This document shows, in pieces, positions 48,503 to 56,606 of a stretch of DNA of 64,000 nucleotides. The position numbers and the translations under genes are program-made. A model generated the notes under the pieces. The model did not search any database. It worked only from the letters and a program-made list of their open reading frames with translations, and was not told the origin of the DNA. Origin of the DNA: an uncultured Actinomycetes bacterium (GTDB taxonomy: Bacteria > Actinomycetota > UBA4738 > HRBIN12); assembly GCA_963704725.1 (NCBI GenBank), contig OY969934.1, forward strand, positions 1,824,001-1,888,000, in the 5' to 3' direction. Position 1 is the stretch's first letter. Each line of letters begins with the position of its first letter.

Positions 48503-49429
48503 GTGGCCGTCGCCGTGATCGACGCCGGCGAGCTCGCCCGCCTGCTGCCGATGGGGGCGGCGATCGACGCGCTCCAGGCGGGCTTCGGCGCCGAGCGCCT
48601 GCCGGAGGCGCCCCTGCGCTCGCATGTGGCCACGGGGGCCGGGACGCTGTACCTGATGCCGGCGTTCGGGCCGCAGGGCGTGGGCGTGAAGCTCGTCACG
48701 CTGACCGAGGCGAACCCCGGCCGCGGCGAGCCGTTCATCCACGCGACGTACGTCCTGTTCGACCCCGACACGCAGGCGCCGCTCGCGACGATCGACGGCG
48801 GCGCGCTGACGGCGCTCCGGACGGCGGCGGTCAGCGGGTTGGCCACGCGGTTCCTCGCGCGGGCCGACGCGAGGCGTCTGGTGCTGTACGGCGCCGGCGT
48901 GCAGGCCCGCTCGCACCTCGAGGCGATGTGCGCGGTCCGGCCGGTCGAGGAGGTGGTCGTGGTGTCGCGGGGACGGGCCCGGGCCGAGGCGCTGGTGGGG
49001 GAGGCCTCGGCCCGCGGGCTCCGAGCCTCGGTGGGAGCGCCGGGAGCCGAGCGCGACGCCGATCTGGCCTGCACGTGCACGACGAGCGCCACGCCCGTCG
49101 TCGAAGGCGCGCTCCTGCCGGACGGCGTGCACGTGAACGCCGTCGGCGCCTACACGACCTCGACGCGCGAGCTCGACGGTGAGGCCGTCCGGCGGTCGCG
49201 GGTTGCGGTCGAGACGCGCGAGGCCGCGGCGGCCGAGGCCGGGGACCTGGTGCTGGCCGCGGAGGAGGGCGCGATCGGGCCCGACCACGTGCTCGCGGAC
49301 CTGTCGGAGGTGGTCCGCGGGGCCGTCGTCCGAACCTCGGACCGGGACATCACGCTCTTCAAGTCGGTCGGCATCGCGTTCGAGGACCTCATCGTGGCGC
49401 GAGCCGCCGTCGATCGGGTTGGTGCGTGA
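48503..49429 (+). CDS. Ornithine cyclodeaminase/mu-crystallin family protein
   Basis: LMPA, GVKLV, LTALRTAAVS, GAGVQA, FKSVGIAFED. Confidence 0.9.
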   Translation: MAVAVIDAGELARLLPMGAAIDALQAGFGAERLPEAPLRSHVATGAGTLYLMPAFGPQGVGVKLVTLTEANPGRGEPFIHATYVLFDPDTQAPLATIDGGALTALRTAAVSGLATRFLARADARRLVLYGAGVQARSHLEAMCAVRPVEEVVVVSRGRARAEALVGEASARGLRASVGAPGAERDADLACTCTTSATPVVEGALLPDGVHVNAVGAYTTSTRELDGEAVRRSRVAVETREAAAAEAGDLVLAAEEGAIGPDHVLADLSEVVRGAVVRTSDRDITLFKSVGIAFEDLIVARAAVDRVGA

Positions 49430-50580
49430 AGAGCACCGCCGACGTCGTGATCGTGGGCGGGGGCGTGGTCGGCGCGAGCGCGGCCTACCACCTGGCGGTC
49501 GCGGGGGCCGGCCGGGTCCTCCTGCTCGAGCGCGAGGACCACCTGGCCGCCGGGTCGACCGGGGTGTGCGCCGGCGGGTTCCGCGGCCAGTTCTCGAGCG
49601 AGACCAACATCCGCCTCTCACTCGCCAGCGTGCCGATGATCACCGGGTTCACCGAGGAACACGGCCTGCCGCTCGACATCGCGCAGGACGGCTACCTGTT
49701 CCTGGTCCGGGACCGGGCGCTGTGGCGGGAGTTCGTCGCGGCCAACGAGCTCCAGCGATCGCTCGGCGTGCGGGCGGAGCTGCTCTCGCCCGAGGACGCG
49801 GTGGCGCTCGCGCCGGGGATCGCGCTCGAGGGCATCGTCGGCGCCGCGTTCGGGCCGAGGGATGGGATCGCGGATCCGTCGGGCTTGACCCAGGGGTACG
49901 CCACACTGGCGCGCCGCGCCGGTGCCGAGATCGAGGTCGGCGCGACCGTGTCGTCCATCCGGGTGCTCGACGGCCGCGTGACGGGCGTCGAGACGTCCGG
50001 CGGGCCGGTCGACGCGCCGGCGGTCGTGAACGCGGCGGGTCCGTGGGCGGGGGAGCTCGCCCGGACGGCCGGCGTCGGCCTCCCGCTGGAGCCGATCCCT
50101 CGGCACGTCCTGGTGACCGGCGGGTTCCCAGGTCGGCCGCACCGTCGGACGCTGGTGATCGACGCGGTGACGAGCTTCTACTTCCACCGGGAGGGACCGG
50201 GCGTGCTCATGGGCATGGGAAGCGTCCACGAGGGGCCGTCCTTCGACACGAGGGTGGACGAGCGTTTCGTGGCGGAGGAGCTGCTGCCGACCGCGGTGCG
50301 GGTCTTCCCGCCGCTCGAGGAGGCCGCCATCGAGCACTCGTGGGTCGGCCTGTACGAGATGACCCCGGACCGGCATCCCATCATCGGCGAGGCCCCGGGG
50401 GTTCGGGGGCTCTACCTGGCGAACGGGTTCAGCGGTCACGGGTTCCAGCACGCCCCGGTCGTGGGCAAGCTGCTGGCCGAGCTCATCGTGGACGGGGAGG
50501 CGAGGACCGTGGACATCTCGGGCCTCGGGCTCGAGCGGTTCGCCTCGGGCGACCTTGTGCCAGAGGGCCACGTGGTGTGA
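49426..50580 (+). CDS. FAD-dependent oxidoreductase (DAO/sarcosine oxidase beta-like)
   Basis: GGGVVG, NAAGPW, GLYEMTPDRHPIIG, GFSGHGFQHAP. Confidence 0.9.
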   Translation: MKSTADVVIVGGGVVGASAAYHLAVAGAGRVLLLEREDHLAAGSTGVCAGGFRGQFSSETNIRLSLASVPMITGFTEEHGLPLDIAQDGYLFLVRDRALWREFVAANELQRSLGVRAELLSPEDAVALAPGIALEGIVGAAFGPRDGIADPSGLTQGYATLARRAGAEIEVGATVSSIRVLDGRVTGVETSGGPVDAPAVVNAAGPWAGELARTAGVGLPLEPIPRHVLVTGGFPGRPHRRTLVIDAVTSFYFHREGPGVLMGMGSVHEGPSFDTRVDERFVAEELLPTAVRVFPPLEEAAIEHSWVGLYEMTPDRHPIIGEAPGVRGLYLANGFSGHGFQHAPVVGKLLAELIVDGEARTVDISGLGLERFASGDLVPEGHVV

Positions 50581-50588
50581 CGGCCGTG

Positions 50589-50672
50589 TGCCGGGAGCGG
50601 GGCTCGAACCCGCACGTGCTTTCGCACAACGCCTTTTGAGGGCGCCGCCTCAGCCAATTGGGCTATCCCGGC
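50589..50672 (-). tRNA. tRNA-Leu(CAA)
   Basis: GCCGGGA/TCCCGGC acceptor stem, anticodon loop CTCAAAA, long variable arm GTGCGAAAGCAC, GGTTCGA T loop; CCA not encoded; -10 TACACT just upstream. Confidence 0.95.
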
Positions 50673-50691
50673 GTTGCCTGAGTGTACGGCG

Positions 50692-51448
50692 TCATGCCTT
50701 CGGACCGATGAAGGCATCGAGAGCGGCGACCGCCTCCCGGCGAGCGACCGAGATGGTGTTGGGCTTGGAGTTGCGCTGAGCGACGCCGATTGCGTCGCAG
50801 GCGTCGCGGAAGATCTGCGAGATGTCCTCGGAGGTGTTGGTGAAGAGATACCTGGGATAAGCGTACCTGTCGTGCCAGACCCTGTTGATGATCCGGCAAC
50901 CATCTGAGTGGATCAGGCCACGCAGGAGCTGTCGCGGGTATCGGTCGACGACCTGGGTCTGCCACGGGGCCAAGCGGATCGGGCGCTGGTGTTTCAACCC
51001 TGGGGCCGTGTTGGGGGAAGACACACGCCCAGTGGTTCCAGTATGCGGAGACCGCGACGCACCCGATCGAGGGCACGATGCCGACCCTCGACACCTCACC
51101 GCCCAGCATGCGAGCGATCGCATGGCGACCGAGGCCGATGAGGTGCGGATACCGGTTGTCCTGGTAGATGCGGAGCCGGTAGGTCCTCGGCATACGCGTG
51201 ATGTGTCCGTCCCCGAGGTAGAGACCGAGTAGGTACGAATAGGCGGCGTCATCGAGCACCCCGGATCCGCATCGCGGGCACGGCGCACGTTGCCTCCCAG
51301 ACCGATGCGGCCGGTGCCCGGGCGGACTCTGCGTCCGCCACTCGCGGACGGTGCTTCGGTTGACCCCTGTCATCCGCGAGATCTGACAGTTGTTCCAACC
51401 CTCGGCAACCAGCCGAAGTACGGCATCGACGTCGCGCTGTGGATGCGG
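50692..51448 (-). pseudogene. HTH + LAGLIDADG-like protein next to tRNA-Leu, with a +1 frameshift at ~51001 and no canonical start
   Basis: HTH (QISRMTGVNRSTVREW), CPRC, YLLGLYLGDG in one frame and LLRGLIHSDG..FIGPK in the next; joined at FPQHGP/GLKH. Confidence 0.8.
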
Positions 51449-51472
51449 AGGTCGCCTCCGAGTGTGTGAACG

Positions 51473-51494
51473 AGCATATGTGGAGGTACTGACA
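51473..51494 (-). promoter_or_regulatory. RecA-NDp/PafBC-type DNA-damage promoter motif
   Basis: Minus strand TGTCAG-tacctccaca-TATGCT, matching TGTCRG-N10-TANNNT. Confidence 0.65.
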
Positions 51495-51578
51495 CCCCGA
51501 GGTGGGGGGTCTCGGACCGAAACGTGTGCAGGACCCGTACACTGCCGCTCCACCACAGTACAGAAGGAGGTTCGGTCG

Positions 51579-52745
51579 ATCATCCGTAAGGCCCGCTCCG
51601 TCCTCCTGCTGGCGTTCCTGCTCGCGGCCTGCGAGACGGCGGCGCCCGCCGCGACCCGGCCGGTGCCCTCGGCCACCTCACCGAGCCCGTCATCCGCGAG
51701 CGGGTCCCCGTCCGCCAGCCCCTCGCCGCCCGCCGAGGTCTCGGTGGCGTTCCTGTTCGACTCGACGCCGGAGGGCGCGGTGGAACGGACGCTTCCCGCG
51801 CTGCGCGCGGCCCAGCTCGCGTTCGCCACCGCCCTCCTGTCGGGGGCGGAGCCGGTCGTCGTGGACCTGACGCCGCTCGACACGTCCGGGTCGGATCCGA
51901 CCGCGATCGCGGCCCAGGTCGCCGGCGACGCGAGCTACGTGGCCGCCCTCGCCGCGCCCGACCTGCCGGAGCAGGGGGCGATCGCCGAGGTCTTGGGGGA
52001 AGCGGACGTCCCGCTGCTCACCCTGTCGGCCCGGGACGCCGTCGCCGATCCGCCGCCGGGGACGTGGCTGCGGTTCGTCGCTCCGGTGCGGACCCAGGCG
52101 CAGGCGCTCGCCGTCACCGCCGTGTCACTGAAGGCCGCCGGCAAGGGCATGTGCGTGGTCTCGGGACCGCCGGACGGCTCGGACTACACGAGAGCCACGG
52201 TGCGCTCCCTCTCGCAACGGGTCGACGTGACGGAGGCCGGCGGGGCGAGCGCCGCGGCCGAGGCCGGGTGCCGGGTCGTCGTGTGGACGGGTGGGGCGGA
52301 GGGCGGCGCGGAGCTCGCGGCGGCCCTCGCGGGCTCCCACGGGGAGGTCCCAACTCTCGTGGGAGGACCGAGCCTTCTGGAGCGGGCGTTCCTCGACGGG
52401 GCCGGCGACGCCGCCGAGGGCACGATCGCGGTGTGCTCGTGTGCGGACGTCGGCACGTCGCTGGATCTCGCCGCGCAGCGGTTCGTCCAGGACTACCAGT
52501 CGCAGAACGGCTCCCCGCCCGGCCCGTACGCGGTCGAGGCGTGGGACGCCGCCCACGTCCTCATCCGTGGCCTCGTCGAGGGTGGGCGGACGCGGCTCGG
52601 CATCGTCCGATGGCTGGCCAGCGTTCGGACCGTCGACGGCTTGGGCGGCGTCTACACCTTCTCGGGCGGCGAGCTCGTCCACCCCGGCTCGGGGATCCGA
52701 CGGTATCGAGTCACGGGCGGTCGCTGGGTCCTCAGGGCTGAGTGA
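51579..52745 (+). CDS. Orphan Liv-type substrate-binding lipoprotein, divergent
   Basis: Lipobox LAAC, Pro/Ser linker, PGPYAVEAWDAA, DGLGGVYTF; AAGGAGG followed by ATC, start uncertain. Confidence 0.72.
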   Translation: MIRKARSVLLLAFLLAACETAAPAATRPVPSATSPSPSSASGSPSASPSPPAEVSVAFLFDSTPEGAVERTLPALRAAQLAFATALLSGAEPVVVDLTPLDTSGSDPTAIAAQVAGDASYVAALAAPDLPEQGAIAEVLGEADVPLLTLSARDAVADPPPGTWLRFVAPVRTQAQALAVTAVSLKAAGKGMCVVSGPPDGSDYTRATVRSLSQRVDVTEAGGASAAAEAGCRVVVWTGGAEGGAELAAALAGSHGEVPTLVGGPSLLERAFLDGAGDAAEGTIAVCSCADVGTSLDLAAQRFVQDYQSQNGSPPGPYAVEAWDAAHVLIRGLVEGGRTRLGIVRWLASVRTVDGLGGVYTFSGGELVHPGSGIRRYRVTGGRWVLRAE

Positions 52746-52860
52746 GCGCGCTCCGCGTTCCTCTTCGCCTCCTGGCTTGAGCGCGACGCCGGGTTGGGTC
52801 AGGATACCGCCCATGTACTTCGGGGATGCCCCCGGAGGCATCCTGAAGGAGGGGGACGGT

Positions 52861-53778
52861 TTGAACAGAGTGAGGGTTCTGGTGGCGGGGGTGGCGGCGA
52901 TGCTCGTGCTCGCCTTCGCTGCATGCGCGAGCAACGAGGGCGACACCGGTGCCAGCGGGGCCACGACGACCGGGACGACCGGGACGACCGGCACTACCTC
53001 GGGCACGGGGAGCACCGGTACCACGGGGACATCGGGCGCCACGGGTATCCCCGCGTTCACGACGCTGCAGGACGGCGTCCTGCAGGTCGGCTCCTGCCTG
53101 GACTACCCGCCCTTCGAGACCGTGAAGAGCGGACAGGAGCAGGGCTTCGACGTCGACATGGTGGACGAGATCGCGTCCCGCCTCGGACTCACGGTCGAGT
53201 GGGTGCGCGCCGACTTCGACACCATCTTCACGTCGGTCGCCGGGGGCCAGTTCGACATGGTGGCCGCCGCCTCCACGATCACGCCCGAGCGCGAGCAGAC
53301 TGTCGACTTCTCCGATCCGTACTTCAACTCGCGCCAGGCTCTCGTGGTGAACACGAACGAGACCCCCGATCTCACGTCGACCGACCAGCTCCAGTCCGGA
53401 GACGTCGTGGGGGTCCAGAAGGGGACGACCGGGGCGGCCTGGTCGAAGGAGAACCTCGAGCCGAACGGCATCCAGATCCAGACCTTCACGTCGGCCACCG
53501 ACGCGCTCCGGGCCCTCGAGGGTGGGGCGATGATCGGCGTCATCGCCGACGAGCCGTTCGTGGGCGACGCGATCGGCAACCTCCCGAGCCTCGAGGTCGT
53601 CCAAGGGATCGACACGAACGAGAAGTACGGGTTCGCGTTCTCGCCGGACAACACCGAGCTGCGCGATGCGGCGAATATCATGCTGGCGCAGATCATCGCC
53701 GACGGGACGTACGCGGAGATCTTCCAGAGATGGTTCCCAGGAGTGGAGGTGCCGCCCGAGTTCCAACCATCGGCGTAG
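52861..53778 (+). CDS. Polar amino acid ABC substrate-binding lipoprotein
   Basis: Lipobox FAAC, TTG-repeat linker, DYPPFE, GFDVD, TITPERE..VDFSDPYF, QKGTTG. Confidence 0.92.
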   Translation: MNRVRVLVAGVAAMLVLAFAACASNEGDTGASGATTTGTTGTTGTTSGTGSTGTTGTSGATGIPAFTTLQDGVLQVGSCLDYPPFETVKSGQEQGFDVDMVDEIASRLGLTVEWVRADFDTIFTSVAGGQFDMVAAASTITPEREQTVDFSDPYFNSRQALVVNTNETPDLTSTDQLQSGDVVGVQKGTTGAAWSKENLEPNGIQIQTFTSATDALRALEGGAMIGVIADEPFVGDAIGNLPSLEVVQGIDTNEKYGFAFSPDNTELRDAANIMLAQIIADGTYAEIFQRWFPGVEVPPEFQPSA

Positions 53779-53797
53779 GAAACGTGACGTTTCGACA

Positions 53798-53830
53798 GAA
53801 GGGGTCCGCGCCCGGTGCGCGGGCCCCTTC
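53798..53830 (+). terminator. Stem-loop after the binding-protein gene (terminator or mRNA stabiliser)
   Basis: GAAGGGGTCCGCGC..GCGCGGGCCCCTTC inverted repeat. Confidence 0.55.
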
Positions 53831-53848
53831 CGCATGAAGGGGGGTCGG

Positions 53849-55000
53849 ATGGCTGTCGTGGAGGCCGAGGCGGGGCTCCTTCGGGAGGCCCCACCCGATA
53901 CGCGGGGGCGGAGCTCGCCGATCTCCGCCACGTCCCTGTGGCTCGGCATCCTTGCGATCGGCGCCGTGCTCGGCGGCCTGGTCTTCGTCCAGGTGAACTT
54001 CGCCCTCTCCGCGCGGCAGCTCACACGGGAGTGCGTCGACCTCGGCCTGACCTCCGACATCACCGGTGCCGTCGGCGTCTGCAACATCGTCGAGGGCCTC
54101 AGGTCGTCGGAGCAGACGGCCCTCCTCTACGGGGGGATCGTCCTGGGGATCGCCGGGATGGCCGTCGGATGGGGGACGTACAAGCGGATGGATACCCGGC
54201 GGCGGCGCGAGCAGGCCGTGACGGGCGCGATCCTCGGCCTGCAGGCAGTCGTCATCGCCATCGTCCTCCTGTTGTTCCGCGCCGGGCGGCCGGACCTGTT
54301 CGCGAAACACTTCCTGAACTTCGACGTGCTCGGGTCCTACTTCCCCAGGTCCTTCTTCGCGGCGATGAAGAACACGATCTTCCTGGCCTTCGTCGGGGAG
54401 TTCGGGGGCATCGTGATCGGCCTCGCCCTCGCCGTCCTGGCGATCTCGCAGCGCAAGGCTGCCCGCGCCCCGGCGCGCGCATACATCAACTTCTTCCGGG
54501 GGACGCCGCTCATCTGGCAGCTCGCCACCACCTACTTCCTCCTGCTGTTCATGGGCCTCAAGACCTCGGCGTTCACGGTGGCGATGATGGTCTTCGCGCT
54601 CAACACCGGGGCCTACGCGGCCGAGGTCTTCCGGGCCGGCATCCAGTCGATCGAGCGCGGGCAGATCGAGGCGGCGCGGTCGCTCGGGATGTCGTGGTTC
54701 CAGGCGATGCGCTTCGCGATCGTGCCGCAGGCGATCCGTCGCGTGATCCCGCCGCTCATGAACGAGTTCGTGATCCTGATCAAGGACACCGCCCTGGTGA
54801 TCGTCCTCGGGCTGTTGGAGTCCCAGTACGAGCTGTTCACCTGGGCCCGTCAGGGCGTCTCCGACACCTTCAACGCGACGTTCTTCACCGCGACGGCCCT
54901 CGGCTACCTCGCGGTGACCTTGCCGCTGATCCGCCTGGTGAACTCGGTCGAGAAGCGCCTGCGGAGCGGCCTCGTGAGCATCGCCGGAGCGGCTCAATGA
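53849..55000 (+). CDS. Polar amino acid ABC permease
   Basis: [42 protein letters not shown]. Confidence 0.92.
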   Translation: MAVVEAEAGLLREAPPDTRGRSSPISATSLWLGILAIGAVLGGLVFVQVNFALSARQLTRECVDLGLTSDITGAVGVCNIVEGLRSSEQTALLYGGIVLGIAGMAVGWGTYKRMDTRRRREQAVTGAILGLQAVVIAIVLLLFRAGRPDLFAKHFLNFDVLGSYFPRSFFAAMKNTIFLAFVGEFGGIVIGLALAVLAISQRKAARAPARAYINFFRGTPLIWQLATTYFLLLFMGLKTSAFTVAMMVFALNTGAYAAEVFRAGIQSIERGQIEAARSLGMSWFQAMRFAIVPQAIRRVIPPLMNEFVILIKDTALVIVLGLLESQYELFTWARQGVSDTFNATFFTATALGYLAVTLPLIRLVNSVEKRLRSGLVSIAGAAQ

Positions 55001-55758
55001 GCGCGGCATCGGTGGCACCGAGCAAGGTCGAGCCCCTGATCCGGATGGAGGGCATCCACAAGTGGTTCGAGGACAACCACGTGCTCCGTGGCGTTGACCT
55101 CGCGCTCGAGCCCGGCGAGGTTCAGGTCATCATCGGCCCCTCCGGCGGGGGGAAGTCGACTCTGTTGCGGTGCACGAACCTTCTCGAGCGGCCCACGCTG
55201 GGCAGCGTGTGGTTCGAGGGCACAGACATCACCGACATCCGCGTGAACCTGAACGACGTCCGGACCCGGATGGGGATCGTCTTCCAGCAGTTCAACCTGT
55301 TCCCCCACATGACCGTGATGCGGAACATCACGATCGCGTTGCAGAAGGTCATGAGGATCGACGAGAAGGAAGCCCGGGAGCGGGCGGTCGAGCAGCTCCA
55401 GCGGGTCGGGCTCGAGCAGAAGGCCGACGCCTTTCCGGGCCAGCTCTCGGGCGGGCAGCAGCAGCGGGTCGCGATCGCCCGGGCGTTGGCCATGAAGCCC
55501 CGTCTCATGCTGTTCGACGAGGTCACCTCGGCCCTGGACCCCGAGCTCGTGGGGGAGGTCCTGGCCGTCATGCGCCAGCTCGCCGACGAGGGCATGACGA
55601 TGATGGTCGTCACGCACGAGATGGGGTTCGCGCGGGAGGTCGGGACCTGGATGGTCTTCGTCGACGGCGGCGTGATCGCCGAGAAGGGGCGCCCGAAGGA
55701 GATGTTCGCCAACCCTGAGACCGAGCGGCTCCGGCAGTTCTTCAGCAAGGTCCTGTGA
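54997..55758 (+). CDS. Polar amino acid ABC ATP-binding protein (GlnQ-like)
   Basis: [44 protein letters not shown]. Confidence 0.93.
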   Translation: MSAASVAPSKVEPLIRMEGIHKWFEDNHVLRGVDLALEPGEVQVIIGPSGGGKSTLLRCTNLLERPTLGSVWFEGTDITDIRVNLNDVRTRMGIVFQQFNLFPHMTVMRNITIALQKVMRIDEKEARERAVEQLQRVGLEQKADAFPGQLSGGQQQRVAIARALAMKPRLMLFDEVTSALDPELVGEVLAVMRQLADEGMTMMVVTHEMGFAREVGTWMVFVDGGVIAEKGRPKEMFANPETERLRQFFSKVL

Positions 55759-55762
55759 CCCT

Positions 55763-56134
55763 GTGCCCGTGACCCGACGCTGGCTGCCGATCGCTGCCGT
55801 GCTCGTCGCGGTGGCCTCGCTCCTGGTCTCGCTCGTGCTGGCCGGCGAGGAGCCCGCTCCGTACGTGATCACGGCGATCAACTACCACTTCCACGACGCG
55901 CACCCGACCTTCCCCATCGCCCCGGGGCGCGACCTGGTGGTCAAGAACGCCAGCCAGAACCTCCACAACGTGACGATCCCGGCGCTGAACTACTCGGAGG
56001 ACGTCAAGCCGGGCGAGCAGCTCGTGATCCAGGACATCGCGTCGCAGTTCGGGGCACCGGGCAGATACACGTTCGTCTGCCTGTATCACCAGGATCGCGG
56101 CATGAGCGGCACGCTCATCATCGCGGGAGGGTGA
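55763..56134 (+). CDS. Exported cupredoxin (plastocyanin-like)
   Basis: N-terminal hydrophobic helix; HNVT and C-x-x-H-x4-M type-1 copper ligand pattern (YTFVCLYHQDRGM). Confidence 0.82.
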   Translation: MPVTRRWLPIAAVLVAVASLLVSLVLAGEEPAPYVITAINYHFHDAHPTFPIAPGRDLVVKNASQNLHNVTIPALNYSEDVKPGEQLVIQDIASQFGAPGRYTFVCLYHQDRGMSGTLIIAGG

Positions 56135-56158
56135 GGCGAGGGGCCTCGGGAAGAGATC

Positions 56159-56235
56159 GACGGGCCGAGGAGCCTTTGGAGCCGCTCACGCCTTCCCCAT
56201 ACGCGAGCGTTGTCTACTCGGTTCCTCGGCCCGTC
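56159..56235. repeat. Long hairpin with CCTTCCCC apical loop
   Basis: Perfect 13-bp IR 56159-56171/56223-56235; inner CGCTCACG/CGCGAGCG stem; loop motif at 56191-56198. Confidence 0.65.
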
Positions 56236-56384
56236 AAAAGGTGGCCCCAAGCGACCTCTGAGCCCGGTCGGCCGGCGTATCCTCCGCCTCGGTGGTCCAT
56301 CCCTTGGGGCTTGCGCCCCTCGGTGTGGCCCTCCTTCTCGGAGGCACTACCCGCCTCCCGGTCCCGTGTCGGCCGCTTGGGACC
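56236..56384 (-). ncRNA. Candidate ~150-nt structured small RNA (6S-like rod or multibranch), family unidentified
   Basis: TTGACA-17-TACTGT promoter places +1 at the 5' arm; 14-bp closing stem 56371-56384/56243-56256; GCAA tetraloop hairpin; ends in UUUU. Confidence 0.7.
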
Positions 56385-56391
56385 GGAGCGA

Positions 56392-56420
56392 ACAGTAGCG
56401 ACGTGCCCTGAGCGTGTCAA
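56392..56420 (-). promoter_or_regulatory. Near-consensus housekeeping-sigma promoter of the sRNA candidate
   Basis: TTGACA (56415-56420), 17 nt, TACTGT (56392-56397). Confidence 0.75.
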
Positions 56421-56606
56421 CGCGTTGAAACGCCTGCACCGCAGGCATGACGGATCGATCCCGCAGGTAGCCCCTTGCGTCGCTGCGATGAAGAAAGAGT
56501 GACAAACGGAACGCGTTCCCGATGCGGCGACTGGACCGCCGATCATTCGGGTCGGAACCGTCCCGGGCGTCGGGAGCGTCGGCGGATCGCGCTAGGATCA
56601 GCCGAC

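Noticed and set aside
52960-53045. Short tandem repeats (GGGACGACC-like), with similar runs at 42640-42695
   Set aside because: They encode ordinary Thr/Gly lipoprotein linkers, not an array.
56236-56384. Glycine riboswitch or SRP RNA
   Set aside because: CACCGAGG only partly resembles the glycine aptamer, no downstream gene lies on that strand, and the SRP GGAA-loop/AGCAG motif is absent.
50589-56400. Integrative island at tRNA-Leu
   Set aside because: No integrase and no duplicated tRNA 3' end seen; the transporter genes have host-like composition.
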